The translations under genes and the position numbers were made by a program. Source: a virus. From it: 36,598 nt of DNA. Under the pieces are notes generated by a model. It did not search any database. It was not told where the DNA came from and saw only the letters and a program-made list of their open reading frames with translations. The stretch lies in the IMG/VR virus record IMGVR_UViG_3300045988_086561, positions 1 to 36,598 of that record; one strand, 5' to 3'. Shown here one piece after another: positions 7,649-17,338 of this stretch. Positions within the stretch are counted from its first letter, which is position 1, and every line of letters starts with the position of its first letter.

Positions 7649-8506
7649 ATGGCCATCACCAATTTCATCCCCGAACTGTGGAGCGCCAACATCCTGCTGG
7701 AACTCCAGAAGAACCTCGTCTACGGTTCCGTCGTGAACCGCGACTACGAGGGCGACATCGCCAACTACGGCGACACCGTGCACATCACCGGCATCGCGCA
7801 CATCACCGTCGGCGACTACACGGCCCACACCGACATCACCATCGAACCGGCCACAGACAAGGACGCCGGCGAACTCGTCATCAACCAGAGCAAGTACTTC
7901 GCGTTCGAAATCGACGACGTGGATAAGCGCCAGGCCATGAACAACCTGACCGCCGCATACTCCCAGGACGCCGCCTACAAGCTGCGCGACCTGACCGACC
8001 AGTACCTGGCCGGCCTGATGGCAGCAGGCGCGAAGAGCAAGCTCGACCCGATTTCCGGCGCCACCGCCACCAAGGCGTACGACACCATCGTGGATCTGGC
8101 CACCGCATTGGATAAGCAGAACGTGCCAGACGCGGGCCGTTGGGTCATCGTCAACCCGGACTTCTACGGTCTGCTGCGCAAGGACAGCCGTTTCGTCGCT
8201 GGCGCCGAGTCCGCTCATTCCACGCTGCTCAACGGCGTGGTCGGTGAGGCCGCGGGCATGACCATCCTCAAGTCCAACAACGCTCCCGCAGCCAAGGGCG
8301 GCTCTGCCTCGGCTCAGACCGATGAGGGCAACGTCATCATCGCCGGCACCAACGCGGCCACCACGTTCGCGGAGCAGATCGCCAAGGTCGAGGCCACCCG
8401 CAAGGAGAAGGGCTTCGACGACATCGTCAAGGGCCTGCACCTGTACGGCGCGAAGGTCGTGCGCCCCGAAGCGCTGGCCACCGTACACTTCAAGGTGGGC
8501 AAGTGA
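7649..8506 (+). CDS. Major capsid protein
   Basis: Strong RBS ggaaggagg. N-terminus ITNFIPELWSANILLELQKNLVYGSVVNRDYEG is typical of this actinophage capsid family. Follows the scaffold. Confidence 0.8.
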   Translation: MAITNFIPELWSANILLELQKNLVYGSVVNRDYEGDIANYGDTVHITGIAHITVGDYTAHTDITIEPATDKDAGELVINQSKYFAFEIDDVDKRQAMNNLTAAYSQDAAYKLRDLTDQYLAGLMAAGAKSKLDPISGATATKAYDTIVDLATALDKQNVPDAGRWVIVNPDFYGLLRKDSRFVAGAESAHSTLLNGVVGEAAGMTILKSNNAPAAKGGSASAQTDEGNVIIAGTNAATTFAEQIAKVEATRKEKGFDDIVKGLHLYGAKVVRPEALATVHFKVGK

Positions 8507-8571
8507 TGGCCGGCAGCTATGAGGCCATGCCCTACTTGGGCGAAGCCGAATAACCGCATAGGGGGTGACTC

Positions 8572-9156
8572 ATGGACACGCTGGCAACGATCAAGGACCT
8601 TGATTCATACGGCATCGAATACGCGGACGAAAAGCTCGCGGGCAAGCTGCTCGAATCGGTTTCCGCAGCGGTGCGCGACGCCGCAGGGTGCCCCATCACA
8701 CGCGGCGAATACACGGTGACCATCCCCGGCGAAACCTCACGCAGGCTCGACCTGCCCATGCGCCCCGTGATTTCCGTGAGCCGCGTGCTCATGGACGGCG
8801 AGGAGACCGGGGATTGGAAGCTGCTCGGCAACGCGCTGTACAGGGAAAGCCTGTGGAGCCTGCCGAACATGGTCCCCTGTTCCGTCACCGTCACCATGCT
8901 CGCCGGCTATGACCCGGTTCCCCCGGACATCGTGCGCCTCGTGTGCAGCATGGTCGCAGCCGGACTCGTCCAGCAGTCGAACGGCGGCCCCGGCGCTCAC
9001 CGCGACGAATCATACGCACGAATCGACGACGTGCAGATCGGCTACCGTCAGGGAGACTCCGAGATCATCGACGCACTCGAACTGCCCGAGGGCACGAAAC
9101 GAGCCCTCCGCAACAGGTTCGGCATGCGAGGCATCGCCATAGGGGTGTTCCGATGA
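8572..9156 (+). CDS. Head-tail connector (gp6-like)
   Basis: Position after the capsid gene. N-terminus ..ATIKDLDSYGIEYADEKLAGKLLESVSAAVRDAAG is typical of head-tail connector proteins. Confidence 0.6.
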   Translation: MDTLATIKDLDSYGIEYADEKLAGKLLESVSAAVRDAAGCPITRGEYTVTIPGETSRRLDLPMRPVISVSRVLMDGEETGDWKLLGNALYRESLWSLPNMVPCSVTVTMLAGYDPVPPDIVRLVCSMVAAGLVQQSNGGPGAHRDESYARIDDVQIGYRQGDSEIIDALELPEGTKRALRNRFGMRGIAIGVFR

Positions 9157-9575
9157 ACGTGCAGCACATCCTCAACCGAGGCCGACAGCTCGCCGAATCA
9201 TTGATGACCGACCAATGCCGCGTCACCCATATGGGCAAACCGGTCACCGACCCCGAAACGGGACTGGTGGAACCGGCCGCGAACACCGTGTATGAGGGCA
9301 AGTGCAAGGTGCAGACCTCGGGCGGTCTGGCCGCCGAGAACACGGAGGGCGGCATCGTCGAAGCGTTGGGTGCCGTCACCCCCGTGTGGAGCATGTACGT
9401 GCATTTCCCCTACGGCACCACGGGTTTATTGCCGGGCGACGTGTGCGAGATAACCGAAGCCGCCGACCCGAATCTCAAGGGCAGGAAACTCCGGTTGTTG
9501 AACATGCAGTCCGAGAAGACACACTCCACCGCATGCCGGTGGAACGTGAAGGAGGTGGGCAACAGCAATGAGTGA
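9153..9575 (+). CDS. Head-closure / head-tail adaptor protein
   Basis: ATGA overlap with the upstream gene. Size and synteny match 27582-27965 in the other arm. Confidence 0.55.
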   Translation: MNVQHILNRGRQLAESLMTDQCRVTHMGKPVTDPETGLVEPAANTVYEGKCKVQTSGGLAAENTEGGIVEALGAVTPVWSMYVHFPYGTTGLLPGDVCEITEAADPNLKGRKLRLLNMQSEKTHSTACRWNVKEVGNSNE

Positions 9576-9966
9576 CATCACCATAGACGCTTCGGAGCTG
9601 ACCGCGTTCGGCCGCAGGGTCGCCTCCGCGCACGCCATGGCTTCGGTCAAGGTCGCGCAGGCGGTGAAGAAGGGCGCGCAAAACGTCAAGGAAGGCGTCA
9701 TCTCCGACCTGCAGACATCATCGAACTACGCGATCAGCCGTATCGGCATCGGCTACGAAATGGGCAGCACCGGCACCACCATTTATGCGGATGTGAGCCC
9801 CCGCGACGGCGGAGCTTCCGACTTGGCCAACATCGCGTTCTTCGGCACCGCGAAAGGCGGCGGAACCCACTGGTTTTACCAGTTCGCCGAACAGGAATTG
9901 CCCACGCTCGACGAATACGTGGGAGACGCGGCCGACGACATGCTGATAGGAGCCATCGGATTATGA
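9568..9966 (+). CDS. HK97 gp10-like tail-component protein
   Basis: N-terminal ..IDASELTAFGRRVASAHAMASVKVAQAVKKGAQNVKEGV.. pattern plus synteny. Translationally coupled to its neighbours. Confidence 0.55.
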   Translation: MSDITIDASELTAFGRRVASAHAMASVKVAQAVKKGAQNVKEGVISDLQTSSNYAISRIGIGYEMGSTGTTIYADVSPRDGGASDLANIAFFGTAKGGGTHWFYQFAEQELPTLDEYVGDAADDMLIGAIGL

Positions 9967-10379
9967 GCGTCATGGACTTGACCAATGCGGTTCTCGGTCT
10001 GCTGCCCTCCATGCCGTCCGGCGTGAAGGTGTACAGGCAGGAGGAGCCGTTGGAGTCGGAGATGCCGCCGTGGATCATCGCGCGCGTCTCCACCGACCGT
10101 CATGTGGCGGCGGAGACGATGCGGTTCACCGCCCACTCCGCCCTGCTGGAGGTTCGCGCCGTCAGCACCACCGCCGACAGCGTGAACATCTGGTGTGACG
10201 ACATGCTGATTCCCGCGTTGGCGAACCGCTCCCCCACCCGGCCGCCGGGCTACACGGTCGGCCAGCTCACCCTGTGCGAGGATTCCGGCGCGTACGCGGC
10301 CGGTCTGACCGCCGACGACACCGCGCGCCGCTACCAGGTGCGCGTCCTGAGGTTCCGCTTCACGTGGAGCCGACCATAG
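9963..10379 (+). CDS. Tail terminator-like protein (position-based)
   Basis: Last small gene before the major tail gene. ATGA-type overlap with the upstream gene. Confidence 0.5.
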   Translation: MSVMDLTNAVLGLLPSMPSGVKVYRQEEPLESEMPPWIIARVSTDRHVAAETMRFTAHSALLEVRAVSTTADSVNIWCDDMLIPALANRSPTRPPGYTVGQLTLCEDSGAYAAGLTADDTARRYQVRVLRFRFTWSRP

Positions 10380-10418
10380 TCAACCAATCATTTACCAAAA
10401 GTCTTCAAGGAGCACATT

Positions 10419-10946
10419 ATGACCCTGAAACTGGGTACAGAGATTCCCGGCACCAGTGCCGAGGGCAACATCACCACCATCTGGGTGCCGGCGATCAAGA
10501 ACATCAAGGCCCCGACCATCATCGAGCTCGAGGCCGGCACCGACATCTCGAACTACGTCATGCTTGGCGGCTGGAGCTTCGACCCGTCGCAGGACACCGT
10601 GTCCGACCAGCGCGAGAACACCGTGCAGGACTTCGGGGCCCCCGGCCGCAAGAGCGCCGGCGACATCAGCATCGAGGTCATCGACAACACGAACACGGAG
10701 CACAAGGAACAGAACGAGGCCGTCACCCTCATGCACGAGGGCGCGTCCGGCTATATCGTGCGTCGCCGCGGCATGGCCACCGACGCGCCATTGGCCTCCG
10801 GCCAGAAGCTCACCGTCGTGAGCGTGAAGTGCGGCGAAAAGAAGGTCATCAACCCGGATGCGAACACCATGATCCGCAGTCAGATCCCGCTGTTCGCTCA
10901 GGCTCCCGGCTGGGAGTCCGAGACCGCCGTGCTGACCGCAGCCTGA
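10419..10946 (+). CDS. Major tail protein
   Basis: RBS aaggag. 175 aa. Lies directly upstream of the chaperone pair and tape measure, and is followed by a hairpin. Confidence 0.7.
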   Translation: MTLKLGTEIPGTSAEGNITTIWVPAIKNIKAPTIIELEAGTDISNYVMLGGWSFDPSQDTVSDQRENTVQDFGAPGRKSAGDISIEVIDNTNTEHKEQNEAVTLMHEGASGYIVRRRGMATDAPLASGQKLTVVSVKCGEKKVINPDANTMIRSQIPLFAQAPGWESETAVLTAA

Positions 10947-10955
10947 CAAGTTCTT

Positions 10956-10992
10956 CCGTGCGGGGATTCTAAGCCTTTCTGGCCCCGCACAG
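10956..10992 (+). terminator. Hairpin after the major tail gene (possible attenuator)
   Basis: ccgtgcgggg, 17-nt loop, ccccgcacag. Followed by a CT-rich tract and no clear U-run. An analogous hairpin follows the right-arm major tail gene. Confidence 0.35.
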
Positions 10993-11047
10993 GCATTCTC
11001 TCTTCTCTCTCTCAGAAAGGTTTTCAGACTTTCAGAAAGGGATAATC

Positions 11048-11542
11048 ATGGCTTTGGAAGTGAAGCGCAAGCGCGTGGACGTCGACCTCATATTGGATCA
11101 GGAGAAGGCCGAACAGGTCGCCGCATTGGGAGCCGACCTGGAACGCGCCATGGCGCAGCATGTGACCGAGGGCGGCAACGCCGCCGCCAAACGCATCGCC
11201 GAACAAATCGACAGGCTGCGCGACGAGGTGAAGGACGACACCGTCCGCATCACCCTGGAGGCGCTGCCGCTCTCCCAGTGGCGTCAGGTACTCGAGGCGA
11301 ACACCGTCACCGAGAACGGCGTACCGAAACAACACATCGAGGACATCTGCGCCGACGCCGTCAGACTCATGGTCAGGAAGACCGTGCCGGAAACCCCCGT
11401 GGAAGAGCTGGCCAACGTCATGACCGAACTGTCCGACGGCCAGATCAGCCCCATCTGGTACGCGATCCGTGACCTGAATGCGAAGCTCATCGACCCAAAA
11501 GACGCACTCGAATCAGCCTCGCGGATAATCCGCAGACGGTAA
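11048..11542 (+). CDS. Tail assembly chaperone (gpG analogue)
   Basis: Position between the major tail and tape measure genes. Contains an in-phase slippery heptamer near its 3' end. Confidence 0.75.
   Translation: MALEVKRKRVDVDLILDQEKAEQVAALGADLERAMAQHVTEGGNAAAKRIAEQIDRLRDEVKDDTVRITLEALPLSQWRQVLEANTVTENGVPKQHIEDICADAVRLMVRKTVPETPVEELANVMTELSDGQISPIWYAIRDLNAKLIDPKDALESASRIIRRR
11494..11500 (+). promoter_or_regulatory. -1 programmed frameshift slippery heptamer C_CCA_AAA
   Basis: Zero-frame reading is gaC CCA AAA gac. The -1 frame is open from 11473 through 11910. Confidence 0.65.
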
Positions 11543-11910
11543 GGGAACTGCGAATCTGCCAGAAGCTCGGCATCAGCTACAAAAGGTGGCTTGGCTGGGA
11601 ACCGTCGTATCGGGTGGAAAGGGACGGGCATAGGCGCATCACCGGCTACACGCCGGAAACCGAATGGGATGAGACCGAACGCGAATGGATGCTCGCACTC
11701 GACGAATACGAGCGCACGCTGTGTCCGCGCTGCGGTATGCCCGTCAGCATATGCCACGACGAGCTGGCCCCCACCAAATACGCGAGCGAGGTCGGCGTCT
11801 GTCAGATCGACCTGATGCGCCGCATCGGGCTCGAAGAATACCGCAAGGACCATTCCGCGGAATCCGCCACGAAACTTGACTCACTGACCGTGGGCATCAA
11901 CCCACGATGA
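11500..11910 (+). CDS. gpT-like extension of the tail assembly chaperone (G-T fusion via -1 frameshift)
   Basis: The frame is open upstream of the listed ATG (11614) back to 11473 and has no RBS of its own. Ends 19 nt before the tape measure start. Confidence 0.65.
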   Translation, partial: RRTRISLADNPQTVRELRICQKLGISYKRWLGWEPSYRVERDGHRRITGYTPETEWDETEREWMLALDEYERTLCPRCGMPVSICHDELAPTKYASEVGVCQIDLMRRIGLEEYRKDHSAESATKLDSLTVGINPR

Positions 11911-11929
11911 TCCGACAGGAGGATATGCC

Positions 11930-14900
11930 ATGGCCGGTGGCCTGAACCGCAACATCACTGTCCGCCTGCTCGCGGACACCAGCAATTTCACCGCCGGCAT
12001 GGCCAAGGTGTCCGGCGAAAGCCAGAAGACCGCGACCACCATGGAAGCCGCCGGAGGCAAATCGAAGCTCATCACCACCGGCATCGCGGCGGCCGGCGTC
12101 GCCGCCACCGCGCTGGGCGTGGCCGCTGTCAGGATGGCGGCGGACTTCGACGCCAGCATGTCGACGGTGCAGGCCAACACCGGAGCCAGCGCAGATGAGA
12201 TGAATCAGCTCCGTCAGGCCGCCATCGATGCCGGCGCCGACACCATATACTCGGCCACCGAATCCGCCGACGCCATCAACGAACTCGGCAAAGCCGGCCT
12301 ATCGACCTCGGATATTCTCTCCGGCGGTTTGAGCGGCGCATTGAACCTCGCAGCGTCCGACGGCATGGCCGTAGGCGACGCCGCCGAACTCATGGCCACC
12401 ACCCTCAAACAGTTCAACCTGACGGGCGCCGAATCCACTCAGGTGGCCGACGCGCTGGCGGCCGGCGCAGGCAAGGCCGTCGGTTCCGCCCATGACCTCG
12501 GCCTCGCATTGAATCAGGCGGGTCTGGTGGCCAACAGCATGGGCGTCAGCATGCAGGAGACCACCGGCACGCTCGCCGCGTTCGCCAACGCCGGCATGAT
12601 AGGCAGTGACGCGGGCACCAGCCTCAAGACCATGCTCCAACGACTGGCCAGCCCCACCGACAAGGCGCAGACCCTCATGGACGAGCTCGGCATCAACGTG
12701 TACGACGCCAATGGCAAGTTCATCGGCCTTGCCGGTGCCGCAGGCCAATTGCAGAACGGTTTGAGCGGCCTGAGTCAACAGGAACGCAATGCCGCGCTCA
12801 ACACCATCTTCGGAGCCGACGCGGTGCGAGCCGCGAACGTGCTCTACGAGCAGGGCGCGGAAGGCATCGACGACTGGACGAAAGCCGTCAGCCAATCCGG
12901 CTACGCCGCGGACCTCGCCGCCAAGAAGAACGACAACCTGAAAGGCGATCTGGAGAATCTGAGCGGCTCTTTCGAATCCCTCATGATCTCTTTGGGCGAG
13001 GGAGGTCAGGGACCATTGCGCTCCCTCGTGCAGACACTCGACACCCTTGTTGACGGTTTCGCGTCATTGCCTGCGCCCGTACAGCAGTCCATAGTGCTGA
13101 TGGCGGCTCTGGTTGGAGGCAGTGTCGCAGTCCACAAAGCGATGGGGCCGCTGAACTCTAGCAGCAGCCAGCTTGCGCAAACCCTCGGATTGATTGCCGA
13201 CCCAGGGCAAAGGCTCATAGGCCTCGGCTCCGGAATCGCGTCAGCGTTCCAGACATGGGGCGCAACTTTCGGCAGTGCAGAATCTCAGATAAACACGTTT
13301 GGCACCACTATCAGTCGTTCCCAAGGCATTATGGCCGGTTTCAAAAACCTGGGAAGCGGCATAGTATCGTTGCTGGGCGGACCATGGGGCATGGCCATCA
13401 CCGCCGCAGGACTCGCGTTGTTCGCTTTCGCGCAGGATCAGCAGGCCGCCACGCAACGAGTGGACGAACTCACCCAGGCGTTGCAGAGCGGACAAAGCGC
13501 CGCCGAATACTTCAACAAGGCGCTCTCCGAAAGCGATTCGTCACGCTACACGGCCGACATATTCAGCCGTTGGACCTCCGGCTACGACAATGTGCGAGAA
13601 GCACTCGACAAGATCGGCATCGCCCACAGCACCTACATCAAGGCCATACAAGGCGAGCCCGAAGCGATTCTGCGAGTCCGCGAACAGGCCGACAGCTACC
13701 GTGACTCGCTCGGCGGCATCAACCAGATGTGGGACCGCACCTCCAACGTTGCCTACGGCGTACTGAGCGAACAGCAGGAGATCTTCGAGAAATCAGCCGC
13801 AGCGGCCAAGGAGGACGCGGCCAACTCGAAGGCCGCCGCACAGGAGAAACTGGCGCAGACGCTGGCCACGTCCGGATTGGTCGACGCGCAGTCGGCGAAC
13901 GCGGACGCCACGCAGGAATCAGCTGACGCCCAATCTATCCTTCAGGATGGTTTGGGAGCGACCACCGACGGCATCAACGAGCAGGCCACCGCCTTGGGCG
14001 AGGTCATTGACGCGCTCGGAACCTACTACGGTTTCGCGCTCTCCAGCTCCAACGCGCTCATCTCCATGCATGACTCGTTCGACAAGGCGACCGAAAGCGT
14101 GCAGAAGAACGGGCAGACGCTCGACCTGAACACCGAACAGGGACGAGCCAACCAGAGCGCGTTGAACGATCTCGCCGAATCCGCGTTGAAGGCGGCGGAA
14201 GCCCAGTCACGCAACGGCGAAGGACTCGAAGCGGTCAACGGCACCCTTGACCTGGCACGCGAGAAATACATCGCAGCTGCACATGCGATGGGCATGACCC
14301 CGGAAGCCGCAGAAGCCGCAGCCAACGCCGCCGGCCTGACCAAGGACAAGTTCGACCAGCTCGCCACCAGCGTCAACAGCATCCCCGGATCCAAAGCCAT
14401 CGACGTGAACGCCCACACCGAACCGGCCAAGAACAGCCTGACCGACCTCGGCATGACGGTGGCGAAACTTCCTAACGGCGAAATCAAAATCGACGGCGAC
14501 AACACACAGGCACTCGCCGCCATCGAGGCGGTCAACGGCGTCGAAGTGGATCCGCACACCGGTGTCATCACCATGGACAAAAGCCAGTACGACACCGCCC
14601 TCGCATTGGCGAACGGAGCGACGATCGATCCGAAGACCGGTCATCTGATGGGTGACAACAGCGACTATTGGAAGAAGATAGCCGAAGCGAACGGCTGGAC
14701 CATCGACCCGCATACCGGCATGATCTACGCGGATGACGGTCAGGCCATGAGCGTCATCACCAATCTGAACAACACGCAGATCGCGGACAAGTACTTCACC
14801 ATCCATGGCAGCTACGTCGATGATTCAGGCGGCACGTATTCGTCCAGTGGTTATCGTCCGGCCGGTGCGATGGGCAATATCCCCACCGGTAAGACCGGCG

Positions 14901-15271
14901 GCCTGTTCACCGGTTATGGGGTTTCGATGCGCGGCTACGCCACTGGCGGCAGTGTCATCGAGGGCCTCCTGCCAGGCAAGGCGAGCATCACGGGCGGCGA
15001 CAACATCACGTTGGCGAACGCGCGAGTCAAGAGCGGCGAATTCGTGTCCAATGTGAAATCCGTCGCATATTATGGCGCCGACACATACGCGGCCATGAAC
15101 CGCCGGCAGATACCCAAGGAATCGTTCTCCGGCCGGGATATCGACGTGAGCGGCGTCATCGAGGAGATACGTTCCTTCCGCGAGCAGATCGGCCCAATCA
15201 TCAGCGCGTATGCCCCGCAACTCGGCAAACGCGACTTACAGCGGCTCACCAAGGAGGTTTTGCGCACATGA
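11930..15271 (+). CDS. Tape measure protein
   Basis: 1113 aa and Ala/Gly-rich. ..AGADTIYSATESADAINELGKAGLSTSDILSGGLSGALNLAA.. is a core TMP motif. Position also fits. Confidence 0.9.
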   Translation: MAGGLNRNITVRLLADTSNFTAGMAKVSGESQKTATTMEAAGGKSKLITTGIAAAGVAATALGVAAVRMAADFDASMSTVQANTGASADEMNQLRQAAIDAGADTIYSATESADAINELGKAGLSTSDILSGGLSGALNLAASDGMAVGDAAELMATTLKQFNLTGAESTQVADALAAGAGKAVGSAHDLGLALNQAGLVANSMGVSMQETTGTLAAFANAGMIGSDAGTSLKTMLQRLASPTDKAQTLMDELGINVYDANGKFIGLAGAAGQLQNGLSGLSQQERNAALNTIFGADAVRAANVLYEQGAEGIDDWTKAVSQSGYAADLAAKKNDNLKGDLENLSGSFESLMISLGEGGQGPLRSLVQTLDTLVDGFASLPAPVQQSIVLMAALVGGSVAVHKAMGPLNSSSSQLAQTLGLIADPGQRLIGLGSGIASAFQTWGATFGSAESQINTFGTTISRSQGIMAGFKNLGSGIVSLLGGPWGMAITAAGLALFAFAQDQQAATQRVDELTQALQSGQSAAEYFNKALSESDSSRYTADIFSRWTSGYDNVREALDKIGIAHSTYIKAIQGEPEAILRVREQADSYRDSLGGINQMWDRTSNVAYGVLSEQQEIFEKSAAAAKEDAANSKAAAQEKLAQTLATSGLVDAQSANADATQESADAQSILQDGLGATTDGINEQATALGEVIDALGTYYGFALSSSNALISMHDSFDKATESVQKNGQTLDLNTEQGRANQSALNDLAESALKAAEAQSRNGEGLEAVNGTLDLAREKYIAAAHAMGMTPEAAEAAANAAGLTKDKFDQLATSVNSIPGSKAIDVNAHTEPAKNSLTDLGMTVAKLPNGEIKIDGDNTQALAAIEAVNGVEVDPHTGVITMDKSQYDTALALANGATIDPKTGHLMGDNSDYWKKIAEANGWTIDPHTGMIYADDGQAMSVITNLNNTQIADKYFTIHGSYVDDSGGTYSSSGYRPAGAMGNIPTGKTGGLFTGYGVSMRGYATGGSVIEGLLPGKASITGGDNITLANARVKSGEFVSNVKSVAYYGADTYAAMNRRQIPKESFSGRDIDVSGVIEEIRSFREQIGPIISAYAPQLGKRDLQRLTKEVLRT

Positions 15272-16104
15272 TGCACACGCTCACCTACACGTCAAACCGC
15301 GCCGGAACCGTGATTGATCTCGCCGACCCGGAGGGAATCATGTGCGGACAGATCCTGGAGCTACGCACCCGCACGTGGGAGTTCGAGCTCGGCTACCGGT
15401 CATTGCAGGCCACGCGGCCCGCGAAGACCGTCAAGGTCACCGGGCTCGTCTACGGTATCCCGGCGCTCGAAAAGGCCGAGGAACTGTTCGACGCGGACAT
15501 GTACGCCTACCTCAACGATGCCGCGAAACCCGGCGTCATCACGGTGGACGGATGGTCACAGACCTGCCTCGTGGTCGGCCACGAACCTGACTACACGTCA
15601 CCCCTGCTCGTGCGCGGCGATTTCACGGTCGCCTTGCTTGACGGGGTGTGGCACAAACCGGTCAGGCAGAGCTTCAGCCGGTCGACGGCCCGCTACAACA
15701 GAGGCAAGGACTATCCCTACGACTATCGCTACGATTACGCGCCGACCCGCAACGTCAGCAGCATCGACAACCAATCCGCCCTGCCCTCGCGGATGAGGCT
15801 CACCATTTACGGGCCGGTCTCTACGCCGAGCATCATCATCGGCGGCAACAAGGTGATAGCCGACGTGAGCGTCCCATCCGGCGGCTACCTCATCATCGAC
15901 GGCACCGGCTCACCACGCACGGCCGTGATGGTCGCCGCCAACGGCGACATCACCAACGTGTTCGACAAAACGCATCGCGACCAGGCCTCCAACGAATACG
16001 CGTTCGCCACCCTCCCGCCGGGACTGCAGCAGGTCTCATGGGATGAATCGTTCGGCTTCGACGTGGAGTACTGGTTGGAGCAGACGGGACTGCCATGGAC
16101 CTGA
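15268..16104 (+). CDS. Distal tail protein (Dit-like)
   Basis: ATGA overlap with the TMP gene. Homologous to 20899-21768 (shared TVDGWSQT..TVALLDG.WHK). Confidence 0.7.
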   Translation: MMHTLTYTSNRAGTVIDLADPEGIMCGQILELRTRTWEFELGYRSLQATRPAKTVKVTGLVYGIPALEKAEELFDADMYAYLNDAAKPGVITVDGWSQTCLVVGHEPDYTSPLLVRGDFTVALLDGVWHKPVRQSFSRSTARYNRGKDYPYDYRYDYAPTRNVSSIDNQSALPSRMRLTIYGPVSTPSIIIGGNKVIADVSVPSGGYLIIDGTGSPRTAVMVAANGDITNVFDKTHRDQASNEYAFATLPPGLQQVSWDESFGFDVEYWLEQTGLPWT

Positions 16105-17078
16105 TCTGGACCAATACCGCTCACGTGCCGCAGGGCGAACTCGTCTCCCCCGCACTCGACCTGCAGTACGGCGACGAGCAGAATGATTTCGAACTCACTC
16201 ACTCCACCCCCGGACTGCTGCTCTCCGACGGCTGCTACATCGGGGCGGAAGGCACCGAGTTCGGAGGCCGCGTCGACGCGGTGCGTATCACTGTGGATGA
16301 CGGGCATGCCCTGTATACGCTCACCGGCCGCACATGGCACGGTTTGCTTGCGGGCAAGATCCTCCAACCCGACTCCGGCGCCGACCGGCTCACGGTCTCC
16401 GGCGACGCCAACAGCATCATCCGTACGGTAATCAGCCGGATCGGACTGTCCACGGTGTTCGACGTGCCATCGGAAGCGAGCGGCATCAACATCAGCAACT
16501 ATTCGTTCCGCCGGTACATTACCGCGTGGGACGGGTTGCGCATGATGCTCACCGCGCAGGGAGCCAGACTCGACCTGACCTACACCGCTGGACGCTGCCG
16601 GATTCGCGCGGTCGCCGCCGACACGTACGGCGACGCGGACAGCGACCAGCGCATCAGTTTCGAGGCGCAACGCATCTGGACCCAAGTCAACCACCTCACG
16701 GGCCTGGGCAAAGGCCAGCTGCGCAACAGGGCGCGCAGCGACTGGTATGCGGATGCGTCCGGCAACATCTCCCAGACCCAGACTCTGACCGGCGACCGTG
16801 AGATAGCTCAGATCTACGAGCTCACATCCTCCGAAGGCGCCGAATTGTCCGACCAGACCAGGGACAAGCTCAAGGACATGTGGAAACAGGGCACCGTCGA
16901 TTTGACGATCCCCGAGAACCTTGGCCTGCATATCGACGACCATGTGCGCGCCTACGATGCGCTGACCGGCGTCAGCGTGGACAGCCCCATCGTGCGCATC
17001 ACCGTCAAACTCGCCAACGGCACACCAACCATCCGATACGAAGCCGGCCAATACAGTTGGCCCGATGAACAAGACTAA
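16095..17078 (+). CDS. Baseplate / tail-tip protein (minor tail protein)
   Basis: Follows Dit. Clear homology to 19940-20911 (GRTWHG.LA.KIL.PD..LTVSG, HL.GLGKG.L, WYADA.GN.SQTQ.L.G). Confidence 0.65.
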   Translation: MDLIWTNTAHVPQGELVSPALDLQYGDEQNDFELTHSTPGLLLSDGCYIGAEGTEFGGRVDAVRITVDDGHALYTLTGRTWHGLLAGKILQPDSGADRLTVSGDANSIIRTVISRIGLSTVFDVPSEASGINISNYSFRRYITAWDGLRMMLTAQGARLDLTYTAGRCRIRAVAADTYGDADSDQRISFEAQRIWTQVNHLTGLGKGQLRNRARSDWYADASGNISQTQTLTGDREIAQIYELTSSEGAELSDQTRDKLKDMWKQGTVDLTIPENLGLHIDDHVRAYDALTGVSVDSPIVRITVKLANGTPTIRYEAGQYSWPDEQD

Positions 17079-17087
17079 AGGAGCATC

Positions 17088-17336
17088 ATGCCGAAACAGC
17101 CCAACATCACCCTCTACTCCTGTGATCGGCCTTCGTGCGTCAACAAGGAATACGTGTTGCCCAACGCGACGGCCAGCCCCAACTGGCACGAGGTCACGCG
17201 CGTCGACCGCAACGGCAACCAGAGGAAAATCCTTTTTTGCGAATCCGACTACCAGCAGTACCTACAGTTGGCCGAAAATCAGGACAAGGATTATGACCTC
17301 TGGCTCAACAAGTCCCTCAACGCGGAAGGTAAGTGA
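17088..17336 (+). CDS. Small Cys-containing protein of the tail-tip module
   Basis: 82 aa. Shares CDR..C...W..V.R.D..G....LFCE.D...Y with 19680-19922. Lies directly upstream of the fibre gene in both arms. Confidence 0.55.
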   Translation: MPKQPNITLYSCDRPSCVNKEYVLPNATASPNWHEVTRVDRNGNQRKILFCESDYQQYLQLAENQDKDYDLWLNKSLNAEGK

Positions 17337-17338
17337 TC

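Noticed and set aside
8507-8554. 15-codon mini-ORF (MAGSYEAMPYLGEAE) between the capsid and connector genes
   Set aside because: It is too short and has no supporting signal. It is probably just intergenic sequence.
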